From contig CM068761.1 of NCBI GenBank assembly GCA_035084275.1, positions 372,001 through 436,000 on the forward strand: a stretch of DNA of 64,000 nucleotides, in the 5' to 3' direction. The notes beneath the pieces are model-generated. The model was not told where the DNA came from. It saw only the letters and a program-made list of their open reading frames with translations, and did not search any database. This DNA comes from Hydrolagus colliei. Taxonomy: Eukaryota. Position 1 is the first letter of the stretch. Every line of letters starts with the position of its first letter. Below are positions 36,766 through 49,108 of this stretch, in pieces. The position numbers and the translations under genes were made by a program.

Positions 36766-37762
36766 GGATCACTATTATAAATACGCTAAACAGAATATTT
36801 TCAACATTATGTATTTTCTTTGTGTAAGAAGGTGACTGAAAGTCAGATTGACCCCGGAACATTCAGTTTCTCTGGCTACAAGATGCAAAATTGTTGAAGT
36901 TGCACTTCAACTCCTTTATCTGTGTTATTTATTACACAACAAATATTTGGCAATGATCTAAAAGCAAAATGGCTGCCTTTCAAAGTAATACATTTAGCTT
37001 CACGTTCCTGGTCATTGGTGTATTATTTATATTGAAACAGAGTGATAGGGAGCCAGGGCAGCCAGGCTTTGTCACTAGCTGGCAGCTCAGATGTTTGGAG
37101 ATATTGGTGTATCTGACTTGTTCTGGGATTCCTGCCCAAATCCTCAATCAATACAGCTCCAATGTCAGGCAGTTTATGTCTACGAGGTAACATCACAACC
37201 GGACTTGATGCATTAATCAATGTGCTAATTGATGCATTCATTGAGGCTGCTCACGAGGAAATATCAGATCGTGACTCACAAGTCCATCTAGCGGCTCTGG
37301 GAAACACCAAAGTAATCAACCAAGAAAACCCTGCTACACTTGTCTTAACCCGTGGAGCCACTTTGTCTTAAACTCTAATGTGGGACAGAATTGTGGCAAA
37401 TTCCTTAATAAGGTCTCAATCCAGAGGCCAAATTCTTTTTTAACCAAACTGCGAAAAAACCGTTTCCGAACTAAGTACAGATTTAATTTGCCAAATACTG
37501 TGCAGCCCTTAAATAATGGGACCAAACATTCTCACAGGTTGAGAGTAGGCCGTAATTTCAGACATCGTAATAAACTGGGACTTGTAATAAAATCTCACTG
37601 TTGTTCACTGAAACACAAAATTCTCAGAAATTAAAAGGTTGGCTTTTAAAGAACCTGCATTGCAGGGAAGATGTTCTAGAACAACACTGACATGTTTGTT
37701 GTGGGTTAGGGTTATTGAGGTTTGCTGAGACTCAGGGACATTGAAAGAAGGATGTTTTCCAG

Positions 37763-37930
37763 CTGGTACGTTACACCACTGAAGGGCTACTGCAGCTGGG
37801 GGCGCTCGGCTCAATCACCTTCCTACCCGACACCAACTGTCTCATAGATGATGGACGGAGTAAACCCCCAAATCTCAGGAAATGTGAAGAGGTTTCAAGA
37901 CTCAAGCAGAAGCTGTGGGATTTTACACAG
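37763..37930 (+). CDS. GALNT9: GALNT9 coding exon (likely exon 10), lectin beta repeat
   Basis: Acceptor gatgttttccag|CTG and donor CAG|gtacca at 37931. 168 nt, phase 0->0. Translates LVRYTTEGLLQLGALGSITFLPDTNCLIDDGRSKPPNLRKCEEVSRLKQKLWDFTQ. Confidence 0.95.
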
Positions 37931-38254
37931 GTACCACATACAACATCTTTCATATCGGGTGTGGGTACTTCACAGTGGTGGGGTTGGTCACTGGGCAAAT
38001 GGGCGTAGGGGCCAGTGACTATCAACATAACACTTTACAGCATATCCTGGGATGTACTTGAGATGCTTTCTACCCATTAAACGTGAACGTCACTGTATCA
38101 AATGCAAGCTTTTTTGTGTTAGTAAAAGCATGTCCCATTTATTCTCCAGTATTGGTGTTTTCACCAGCACCACATTGCCCTGATCCCATCATCCCCAGTA
38201 CACAACAAGCTTGAAGGGAACGATGTCCATGCCTTGCTGTGCTTTCTGTTACAG

Positions 38255-38401
38255 AATGGACCAATTATCAACAGAGATACTGGCCGCTGCTTGGAAGTAG
38301 AGATGTGGAAAGATGCAAACTTTGGCCTGAGACTTGCCATGCAGAAATGTTCTGGTCAAAAGTGGGTAATAAGAAACTGGATAAAACACGTCAAGCATTG
38401 A
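38255..38401 (+). CDS. GALNT9: GALNT9 last coding exon (likely exon 11), lectin gamma repeat and stop
   Basis: Acceptor ttctgttacag|AAT. 147 nt to TGA at 38399-38401. Translates NGPIINRDTGRCLEVEMWKDANFGLRLAMQKCSGQKWVIRNWIKHVKH* (CLE and QKW motifs). Confidence 0.96.
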   Translation, partial: NGPIINRDTGRCLEVEMWKDANFGLRLAMQKCSGQKWVIRNWIKHVKH

Positions 38402-38678
38402 CAGCAGGTGACGCGATGGACCAGAACCCACGGTACCTTTGTATATCTTCTTCCACTTGCCATTTTGACACAAGACCAAACCACCACTCAGTGGTTCCCA
38501 CTGAAGGACAGTGGCCCACTGTTTCATTTGAACATTTCTGACAGATGCACGGAATTAGCTGAGAAATTATGATGTGCCTTTTTTCACCTACAACTTCAAG
38601 CCTGTCCCTTTAGCATGTTTGATTTAATATATTTGAACAGAAGACTGTAAGTCATACATCAGAAATAATCTATTGTAA

Positions 38679-38684
38679 ATTAAA
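38679..38684 (+). promoter_or_regulatory. Candidate proximal polyadenylation signal (ATTAAA) for GALNT9
   Basis: First poly(A)-type hexamer I found after the stop. AATAAA alternatives lie at 39405 (inside a SINE tail) and 40039. The site actually used cannot be determined from sequence. Confidence 0.25.
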
Positions 38685-40377
38685 GGATGCTGCTGCAAGA
38701 AAGACTTTCATTGCTTTGAGTTATTAGAAAGCATGTTCTAAAGGTAGTGAGAGGGGGAACTTTCAGGACTTTTCAATTCTTCCCTCTTTCAAATTCTGCG
38801 GATCTTTCGCAATGGCTTCATATACACAAGATCAGAAATTAACCAAGTCATTCACAATCACTAATAATATACAGGTTCCAGTTTAAAAAAGAGTAAGAGG
38901 TTGTGTGATCTTTTAAATAACAGTCATTTGGTATAGAAGGCAACTAAAGTAATGGAATCAAACAAAGCCAACATTCACTACAAAGTACTGTACAACGTCA
39001 CTTAAATCCCAAATACTGGACATGTTCATTCCTTTATAAACTCGGCCACACTGGCCGGTACCAAAAGCCATTAGATTCCTGCTCAGTGATCTCCTTCACA
39101 CTCTAAATGTCACCACAGCCACCGGGACTGAGTCGAGTCACACTCAAGAAAGCATGACCACTAAGGCCAGGGTCATTACTGACATCATCCGAACAATTGA
39201 ATTACACTCAAAGGCCACAGACCAGTGAACAGAAATACTTACGGTGATCAAAACTGGAGTTCCTTCTACAGGTTTCTGTTTCTCAAAGGACCTTGATGTG
39301 CTGATGAGGCTCAGTATAGAGGGTCGATGTGGGTCTAGGAGTTGAGACTGTAAAGAGAGGAACAGTGAGCTGAATGTTATGATGTTATTGTGTTCCTCCC
39401 ACAAAATAAAGAGTCAATTCGCTTTACAATATATTCTGTGAAGTGCTTTGAGACATCTCGAAGCTGTGATAAGCTGCTGTGTCAAACGTAAGTGTTATTA
39501 TTATGATTGTGTGAGAATGGATTTGTTTTTGTTTTAGTCGAAGGCAGCGTCTCTCTGTATATCTTTGCTGTGATGCTGGTTGACAGGGGGCTTGAGCTGC
39601 GACTTAAATAGGATTTGGATTACGTGTGTCTACATTGTGGGGAATGAGGAGTCACCCGAAGGTTCACTCCCAACTGGCTGAGTGTTCCAAATCATCAGCC
39701 AAAGAGGAAGTGGCATTCAGAAAGGTCAAGAGCTTTGATCGCATGGGCTTCAAAGTGGTTTGTAACATATTTCACCTCTCCTCTAATTGCCTGTGAAATG
39801 GGAAAGTGAAGACTTAAACTGTGTATGTCATTTGGTGCTATACTACCCTGAACTCAACTCAGAGTTCCTCTTGGAACAGACAGACCATCTCCTCAGAGCA
39901 CCAGCCCATTTCCTCTTGTTGTACCTTCAGAATATACAGTTGCTTTGTGTAGATTATTTGTCATGTATTCCCTTGTTCTAGCACTCTCTGATACACCGCA
40001 CTTTGCATATAGCTGCTTCACTAATCAGGGACCACATTAATAAACTATTCTCGCTGGCTCAGACAGACTGTGCTAGCCACAAGTTAACTTGGGGTTCTTA
40101 GAAGCTCACCAACTTTAACACTCACAAGCTGTTTCTTAGTAATAATTTGAGCAAATGTGAAAAATAAATTCCACCAAGTGAAAATAGGCCCAAGTAGGTT
40201 TAATTTAAACTAAATGTGTAAATGTCATGGCTTCAACGTTCAGCATTTCTGTAATGCTAAAGATGAGTAGGCAGCTGGGTGTTTAATATTTAAAAAGAGC
40301 CCAATTAATCTTTGTTGTTGTGTGGGATTGACAGTGACAATGAGCTGGTTACAGTTTTTTCAAGATACCTGTAATCT

Positions 40378-40518
40378 TGACACTGCTGTGTTCAATTGGC
40401 TGCTGCATTTCTCCCACAAACATACAGTCAATTGGCTTTATAGTATATTCTACGAAGCGCTTTGAGATGTTTAGAAAACGTGAAAAGCGCCATATCAAAC
40501 ACAAGGATTATTATTATT
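40378..40518 (+). mobile_element. SINE 3' fragment (similar fragments at 26935-27050, 34420-34510, 39395-39505, 43085-43255, 49425-49530, 51430-51560, 55885-56035)
   Basis: Family tail caattggctgc...gaagcgctttgagatg...atcaaacacaaggattattatt. Confidence 0.8.
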
Positions 40519-42095
40519 AATATCTGTGGTCATGTTATTCCTCCTAGCACATACATTGGTTCTTTGGTTCCTAAAACAAGGGTGTTAAAGATGTCCATTA
40601 CATAAGTTCACCTTTGTCATTGAACGGGTGGATGGCAGAGAGACTAATAGTCGGTCCTCACGTGTATTTATAAGGAATGTGAAGCAAGAGAGTTTAAAGA
40701 AGATTCACAAACAGAGTTGCCTTGCATTCAAGGTTGCTCTACAACCCCTGGCCTCAGATTGGCTGTAAAAAAAAATTCAGCTGATTGACAAGTCATTACA
40801 ATGTCTCACGCGTGGCTCAGATCAATTTTTCCGGCATCGAATATGGGAGCAGCCACTGCCCCCAATGGCAGAATGCTGTGCAGCACTTTAATGGCTAATG
40901 ACGGATTCCCTTTTGGTTTTTACGCTTTTCCCTGGCCCCCAGTAAAATAACTGATGGTATTTGATTGCTCTACCTGGCGAAATTTCTATACAGTTACTGT
41001 CCTTCCAATATCCATTGAAAAAACATAAATTCAGCACCAAATAAACTACGTATGCCTAAAGTGAATTAATAAGCAGAGACACCGCGTTAGCAGCAAGTCT
41101 TCAATCTTATTAATTTATCTTGCGCTCAGGGATCACATGCAAGACTGGTACATAAATTGTTCCATTAGACATTCACAGGTCACGGCAGGGAGACTCTTGT
41201 CTATCAACTGCCTGCAGCTGCTCATGCCAACTTCAGGAGGCAACACATTAAGCAAGGAAACACAACCGAGCAGTAGCTGTGTTTGTTCAAAGATATGAAT
41301 AACAATAACAACTTGCATTTAGTGTCCACCAGTGTGTTAGATCTTGGCAGAACTTTTGGCTGGTAGAGGTATAAAGGGATTTGGGGATTAAAAGATTTGG
41401 CACTGTATTGGTCAGTACATCTTCCCCTAAAGACAAAGGAATTTAAATAAGTTTTCACTCTCCAAGGTGCGATCTTAAAAATAATCAAACATTAAAATAA
41501 ATATTAAAGAATTCCCAAGCATTGTGTAAATTATTAACAACTGCAATGATTTTAAAATGCTATTAAATATGCCGGGTTTTACAAGGTGAGCACTTTAAAT
41601 CATTAAATAATAATTAAACATTACTGTATTAGTAAATTCTGCTAAATCAATCTATCAGAATTCTAAATGTTATAGAATACTCCTACACTACACAGGTTTA
41701 AAGTGAAGTGAGGTCTAGGATAAACAATACCAAATTCAATTATGAACCATTTTGACACATTTCTCTTTCATTTCATTCTAATCATTAAATAGGGTTGCAA
41801 CAAAATATTTGTATAAATTTGACTCAATTACAGAAAAATTGCTTAAATCTCTCTTGGTTACCAAACCACAGAACCCTCCTTGCTTTGTAGATTGCTTGAA
41901 GATTTGGAAGATAATTAATTCTGGCTGTGTTTGTGCTGAAGGCAGCTCTGAAAAAATTAACTTATGCTGGAGTTCTGAGGGGCACAGTTAAAAGCTCAGC
42001 TCACAGCTTTCAAGCCAACTATCTGGGGAATCATAGGTGGAACTGTATTTCTTAGATGTCTGCACTTAGATTTGATTGAATCAAGTAATTACTGG

Positions 42096-42647
42096 CAGAG
42101 GCGTTTTTAACGTTGGTGCAATCGACGCAATGCATCGACGGGCCCCTCGTATTGCGGGCCCCCAAAAGTATTGCAAAAAAACATCGGTGGGAGGCTTTGA
42201 ATGTGCTGTGCTCTTTTGTTAAATATAGCAAAAACCAGAGCTCTCCCCAGAGTATTTTATTTTATAATCCCTTTATACCTCCATCAGCCCAGCTAAACCA
42301 GAGCTCTCTCCCCAGCCCGGCGGAGAAGGCAGTCCATCCGCCTAAAGAGGCATTGCACCTGCCCAAAGTTAATTTTTGCACAAAATAAATTTTTGACTCA
42401 CTTACAAAAGAAATATGCTCATTTGTTAGCAGATTTAACTTGACCACAAAGTAAGCATACGGCGCGGCCATAATGTTTATGTTGTGTGACTTTAATAGTG
42501 CAGTGATTCAGCGCATAGCATACTGTATACCGGTCCGGATAAAGAGAGTCTCGCTTCTAACTTGGATCACATGCACGAAAGTACTAATAACCATTGACGG
42601 GCCCCCTAAGAAGCGCCGAGTAGTTTGAAGTCTTAAAAATGCCTCTG
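42096..42647. mobile_element. Non-autonomous hAT-superfamily DNA transposon (552 bp)
   Basis: 15-bp TIRs CAGAGGCGTTTTTAA / TTAAAAATGCCTCTG (14/15 match). 8-bp TSD attactgg (42088-42095) / attactgc (42648-42655). Subterminal gggcccc motifs, CpG-rich ends, no transposase ORF. Confidence 0.85.
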
Positions 42648-42825
42648 ATTACTGCTGGTATCTGGTTACATATATTCAAAGCATTAAATCCATTCAGGAC
42701 CAGTTGGAGACTTGTACACGAAAAGACCAAAGTTCCAGCTCAGCCATTCACAGCGCACATTGAAATGCTTTCGCTAATTCCAACACCTAACACTGTGGAG
42801 TCCACACGTCACCATCAGAGAGATC

Positions 42826-42929
42826 AGTTCTGACTAAGGGTCGTGGACCCGAAAGGTTGACTCATTTTCCTTTCTCCATAGATGCTGCCTGACCTGCCAA
42901 GTGTTCCCAGCAAGTTTTGTTTTTGTTTG
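42826..42929 (+). mobile_element. Single-arm copy of the Penelope-like repeat with a mutated hammerhead core
   Basis: agttCTGACTAagggtcgtggacccGAAAggttgactc...gatgctgcctgacctgcc, homologous to 21961-22063. Confidence 0.8.
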
Positions 42930-44151
42930 TGTAAATGTGGCCAGTCTAGTGGAATCTCATCATAAGGCAGCCTCTGACAATGAGGTTTGGCTTATTCGCT
43001 GGAGGCCCTGTATATCAACAGCCGTCTGTACTTGCACGACAACCTGACTTGAGGTCAGCCATTTTGTTTAATTGTTCATTCACTTTGTGGCTGTTTGTGG
43101 GACACAGCTATCTCTGTGCAAATTGGCTGCCGCGTTCAGCTACAGAACACAATCCCTACCCTGCACAATCAAATACAGTGAAACTCTTTGAAATTGTCAT
43201 CCTGACATGAAAGGCACTGTATCAAATGCACAGATGATTATTATGATAATAATAAATTAGAAATATAATGTATTCCTTCTCTGTCTCTCAGCATTAAGTC
43301 ACATTGTGGAGGAGGTTAGGGGTGGTTGGGGTGGGGAGGAGGGTGGTTTGCTTCTCCAAGATGTGACAGAGGGATATGTCAGCAAGTTTATTTTAGAGTA
43401 CATTACATTCAGGTAGAGATTTAAAATTGGATATTGTAGAATCTTGAAGCATGTTAACTCACTACAAAAAAAATCACAGACTTAATAGACAAAATGTCAT
43501 AATAAAGCTGAAGCTTGTGAAAGGATGAGGCTATAAGAGCAGACTGAGTTATATGGTTCATTGCATTCATTTAAAAGCTGCTAATCACTAATCCATAATC
43601 TTTTTTACATTTATGCTGCTCTATAATAATTGATACCGGAACACTGCAGATTCTAGTAACATTCAGGAAGCAGCAAATGTTACATTTCCTGCCTAGCCTG
43701 ACAGACAGCTACTCCAGACAGCGTTATCACCTGAATTTATTCAATAACTTGCTGAAGAAACAACAGCCAAAATAATGATCAGCTTTGCCTTTACTTGATA
43801 TCCATGGGTCGGACACAGCAGAATTAGCTTCACCCGATGAGAAGCAAACCTACTCATTAAGCAAACGTGCAAGGTTAAATCAGAATAATTTCACCTTATT
43901 AATAAGCACAGTTACACTGTGGTGACTGCAGTATAAATCTTCCCTTTCAAAGGACATGCACAGACTCAGCGCCATTGCTGCACAAACACACACAGTGTAA
44001 CCGCTTCACAGACAGACACACACAGAGCTACAGATCCCCAGACACACAGACACACACAGTGCCACTGGTATGAATGGGATTATGGTTTATTATGGTATTA
44101 GAATCTCCTACATAACATACACTGCAGAGCAAGGAGTACAAGGTGTACCTC

Positions 44152-44372
44152 AGGCAAGTTTCCTTACTCCACACGCCTAATAATAAATCTTTTTAAAAAA
44201 TAGTAAATTGGTAATTTCAATCCACGACTGTTTGTGGGACGCTGCTGTGCGCAATCGGCTACCTTATTTTGCCCACAAATATAGTCAATTCACTTTACGG
44301 TACATTCTGTGAGGCGCTTTGAGACGTCTAGAAGATGTGAAATGTACTGTATCAAATGCAAGGATTATTCTT
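44152..44372 (+). mobile_element. tRNA-derived SINE (5' truncated)
   Basis: caagtttccttactccacacgcctaataat...gtgggacgctgctgtgcgcaatcggct...atcaaatgcaaggattatt. Confidence 0.88.
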
Positions 44373-44989
44373 ATTCTTGTTACATGTAATTACTTATTCC
44401 ACTCTGATCACACATGTTTAAACTGCATGTGGATGGTATTCCTGGAAACCCAAGAAAGAGAGAGTGCTATCTGTCTCTCTCAGAGAGCTCAAATTGGTTG
44501 CATGGCCACACATGGTGAAATACGGTTTTATAACAAATGGTTCGCTGCCTGCTCTCCTCCCAGCTCCTGCTCCAAGCCAGAAGCTAAGAGAACCTTGAGA
44601 GAGGCAAACGTAACACTCCCCATAACCGCTGCCAAAAATCAGTAATGTATTCAGTCTCGATCCGCACTGAGAATAACATTTATCATTTAGTACACGGAGG
44701 CCAGGGATCACAAACAAGCGCTGGGGATAAGGAATCGAGCAGGACGATTGTTGTTGGAATGAATTCATGCTTTCCCGATCAAGCTACCATTGCACTTTGT
44801 AATTCCACTTTGTGAAAAAACAGTCAATGCCTTTAAAGGTTTGCACTAGCAACAAGAAGCCCATAGATGCCATCATTGGGAATGTGGAAGGATGAGATCA
44901 AATGGGAGACTTCTGCATTTATCCAAACCTCTTGTATGATTGTATAAATTTTATATCAACTGAGAACTTGACCACAGAGTGTAACCCCT

Positions 44990-45148
44990 ACCCTTTCCAC
45001 CCTACCCTGCCCCTTTCCATCCCCTCCAGGCCCCTACCCTGCCCCTCTTCCTTGCTCGGGTCCTGACCTGACTGTTCAGCGCCTTGGGACGTCCTCGTGG
45101 TCCTCCAGGTGCTCTATAAATGTAATTTTGTTGTTGTTGTTGTTGTTG
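44990..45148 (+). mobile_element. L2 3' UTR/tail fragment (similar tails at 25447-25506, 45857-45915, 47205-47270, 51798-51870, 55478-55528, 58520-58672, 59948-60017, 63345-63405, 63855-63915)
   Basis: C-rich tract, then gggtcctgacctgactgttcagcgccttgggacgtcctc...ctataaatgtaattttgttgttgtt, matching the 3' end of the L2 at 16357. Confidence 0.82.
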
Positions 45149-48100
45149 TAACATGCTCTTCTACTTGGAGTCCAATATAACACAGAGACATCCTGGCAAA
45201 TCCAAGCTTTTCAGAAAACTACAGCAAGATGTACTTTCATTTATATTAAATGTATTTGCATCAAAATCATAGCGTGATTTGCCAAAGGAACAATTCCAGT
45301 ACAAATAATATGGTTTGACATTTGGATGTTGACAGTAGGAAGGTAGCAATGTAATGTGTTATCTTTACATAAGCTGTGACCTTAAAAATTACAAGAACCA
45401 AATTTCCTTCTTTACAACACTTGATTCTAATACTTTGCTGCAGGCAATAATCTTACATTAGCAACCATCAAACAATCTCCCCATTCTCCTCACTATGTGT
45501 ACAAGAATGTGTGATACAGCCCATTTGTACTGGTATTATAGAGAAATTTGAATTAAAAAAACTAGGGGTTATAATTTAGTGATGTGAAAACACTTTCCCA
45601 TTTTCTGTAGTTTCATGGTTTCTGTTGTATCATTTTAAATGCATATTTAGATTTGATGCCAACAGCATAATGAGCAGCTCTTCAGTAAAATCACGTGGAA
45701 TTGTTATTGTCTTAGATTACTCTGTACTCTGGGGCTCCCCACAAGTCACTTCTTGGCTCTCGCTAATTTAAGCCTTTCTGGAATTAGGATTAAGCAGAGT
45801 TCCTGCACATCAATCAGTGACTTTCCCACCCGGAGGTGCTGAGCAGCCAAGTCTATACAACAACAACAACGACTTGCATGTATATAATGCAGTTCAAGTG
45901 GGGGTAGCATCCGGGAATGTGTAACAATTACTGATATAGCAGGAGTCTGACTTTATGGACCAAAAGCAGCAACTCACTCACGTTCTGACAGGGTTGGGCT
46001 ATGGTTAGATCTAGTGACAGTCAAGAGCAAGCAGCCGCATTGCATTTAGAGCAAGATTTTAACCCTCATTTATGTCATGGCATCATCACCCAAAGTATGT
46101 TGGTTTTGGGAGCAGGAAGCCTGTTATACTGGCGGCTCTGACATGGTCCCTGGAGTGGAGGTGAGCTGTGTGCAGTGTGTAGCTGGTGAGGAACGCTGGG
46201 TCCTTTGTTTAAATTGATCAAAGAGACGGAAGAGCGACCAGCTCTCTCCATGTAAACTCTGCACAAGCACATGAAACGTTCCTTTGAAATTAGCCACGTT
46301 CCACACTGCGGTTTACGTGGCAGCTGATGTGGGTGTGGGAGCCCTACCGAGGTCAATCCTCACCATGGTTCTCTGACTGTGGTTTGCAGAGTAGGGGCTT
46401 GGAATCAAATCACAGCATTATCTCCCAACATTTACTTGGCTGTTCTAGTGTCTAAACACCATCAAAAGGTGTTGAGTCAACATTAACTACAGTATAAATA
46501 ACACCAAGTAACACTGTGCCATTAGCACAACAAAGTCCACAACAGTCATTTTGTGGAGCTAACAAATGACTCTTCCAGTCTGGAAGTTTTTAATGTTTAC
46601 GTCTAAGTTATAATTTACTCTAAAATGCCAATGTTAAATCTAATTTCAATTCAGTTGCAATCATAATGACCTGGTTTGATTTAAACAGGGAAAAAAAATC
46701 AGTGTTCCAGAACTTGGTTAGTATCTTTGACCTTGTCAGGTTAATTGATCAGGAAGTAGATTTATATATTTAATATGCGATTGGAAAAATTAGCCTTTCT
46801 AGTTAACACAGGAGTTAGTCACTTCTTAAATTCATAACATCATAAACACAGCTTCTCAGGACATCTCCTGAAACATTAAAATGGGCCAGATGTCAGTGCA
46901 TGTTCGGGGTTGTGAGCAAGAGGCCATCTGGATTAGTCAAACCAAGACATTGTAGCTTCCAACCTTATCTCCATTACCACAAGGCCGTAGTGAATGCTGA
47001 AAACCTGCTGGAAGTAATCCCGGGGATTAGACGACCCTACCACAAACCCCAAACCAAACTACAGGATTGACCTTCATCAATGCAACTACAAAAATCAAAT
47101 ACAGGTTTGAAATTGTATCAAATACAAGGATTATTATTATTATGAGGGAATAACAATGGCCACCGTTGTGTGGCTGATATATGAACCACTGACATTCAGA
47201 TATTAAGAGCTCTGAGATGCCATCCGGTGTGGAGGGCGCTATATAAATCGAAGTTGTTGATGTTGTTGATGGCTTTAAGTTTATTGAATTGACAACTGAC
47301 AGGTCCCGATAGATTGTGGTTAAACCTATCCTGCAGCTAATGGTCCCGTGTAAGTGAATCACTACTCGGTAAAATCCAATCAAGGATTGAAAAGACACGA
47401 GAGTGATGCTTGATGATCATTGATTATCCGTTGAATCCCGAGGCTGCATTAACACATTACATCAATTTATAGCAATCTGTTAGGCACCAGACAGTGCCAT
47501 TTATGTCACAATCTTTCCTACAGTTACACCCGTTTCCTTCTTTTTAATCAGAACATGAATGTCTATGACTTGGATGCCCCCCTCCCTGCCAACACACACA
47601 GACGCACACACACACAAACACACACACAACAAAACTAGAATGAGAAATCCTTTCCTCGTCATTCAAGGCCTCAAGGACAACTTGTGGCCTCTCCACTACT
47701 GTCCTGCTTGAGATAATGAATGTTCTAAACGGGCTAAAGATAAAGAGATTACACTGAGATGAACAATCGTAAAATCTTGATGGGATTTCTAATTAAAATT
47801 TCACCTAATTCTGAACAGTTGTGGAGCTGTGTAATTTATGTGAGCTCAAATTAACTATAATGTTAATTTGACGTATGCTAAATGGGTTTAGTAATGCAGC
47901 TCTCATGTATATTTCAAACACTGCACAGCGTGAAATATCACAAAGATCAAATTAGTTTGCTAAACTGTCCCCTTGCATTTACCTCCACAGCTGGAATAAC
48001 GTTTATTCTGAGAGGTTGCTACGTGGCAGGCTATTGGCTGTTTCAATGGGGAAATGTGCTCCATGTGGCTCTTGAGTATATTTGGAAAAGCCATTGTCAA

Positions 48101-48805
48101 CATCCAATTGGGGCAAAATGGTCTGTCAAAGTCCCAAATATCCAGAATTTACCCTATCTCTAACTGAACGCAACTCCAGATTTTTCTAATATCACAATAG
48201 AACAAATTAAATGTTCACATCTTGACTAGGCCAACTGTGTGTGGTAAGGCTGGCTTGAGATGGCATGGACCCTGGAGAAGGCAGTTGGCACGACAATGGA
48301 GAATAGCAGGGAATAGATGGATCGCCAAACATGTAAATCCCCTTGAAATGTTGCTATGTAAAAACTGCATCTCTCTTCACTTCAGAAAATAGATTGAACT
48401 CGGCGAGCACTTCAAACGAAAATGTTTTCTCAGAAGCTAATCTGGTTTATTTTACCATCACAAGATTTGAACAACAGCAGCTTGTGCTTAAAACAGCGGC
48501 TTTCACACAGGTGGCAGTCACAAAGTGCTTCACAGAAAGGGATGGAGTGAGTTCTTGAGCCGAATGCAAGACTGGGTCAGATGGCTGATGGCATAAACAT
48601 ATTTGAAATGGCTTTTGAAAGCCGAGGGAGGGACGGAGAGGGTTCAAGCAGAGTTCCACACAGCGGTGTGAACCTGCTGAAAGCTTACTCATCGGTTGTA
48701 GGTCTGGCTCACTTGTCAGCACTCTCAGCTCTGGGTCAGAAGGAGCTCAAAGTCTAGGTTGACCTCCAGTGTAGAGGCTGGAGAAGACAGGGTTGCAAGA
48801 GAGGT

Positions 48806-49108
48806 AACAAAACAAAAATGGCTGGGAATACTCAGCAGGTCAGGGAGCTTCTATGGAGAGAAAGGAAAAGTGAACCAACGTTTCGGGTCCATGATCCTTT
48901 GTCAGATCTGGACCCGAAATGTCGACTCACTTTTCCTTTTTCCATAGATGCTGCCTGACTTGCTTTCTGTTTTTGTTTCAGATTTCCAGAATCTGCCCAC
49001 AAATATACAGTCAATTCACTTTACACGATATACTGTGAAGTGCTTTGAGACGTTGATAAGATGTGAAAAGCTCTATATCAAATGCAAGGATTATTATTAT
49101 TATTATTG
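48806..49108. mobile_element. Second fold-back Penelope-like repeat (48806-48995) abutting a SINE tail (48995-49108)
   Basis: Inverted arms around gtcagatctg. Minus arm is tctgacaaaggatcatggacccgaaacgttgg. Plus arm is gacccgaaatgtcgactc, with the first half of the core deleted. Confidence 0.8.
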
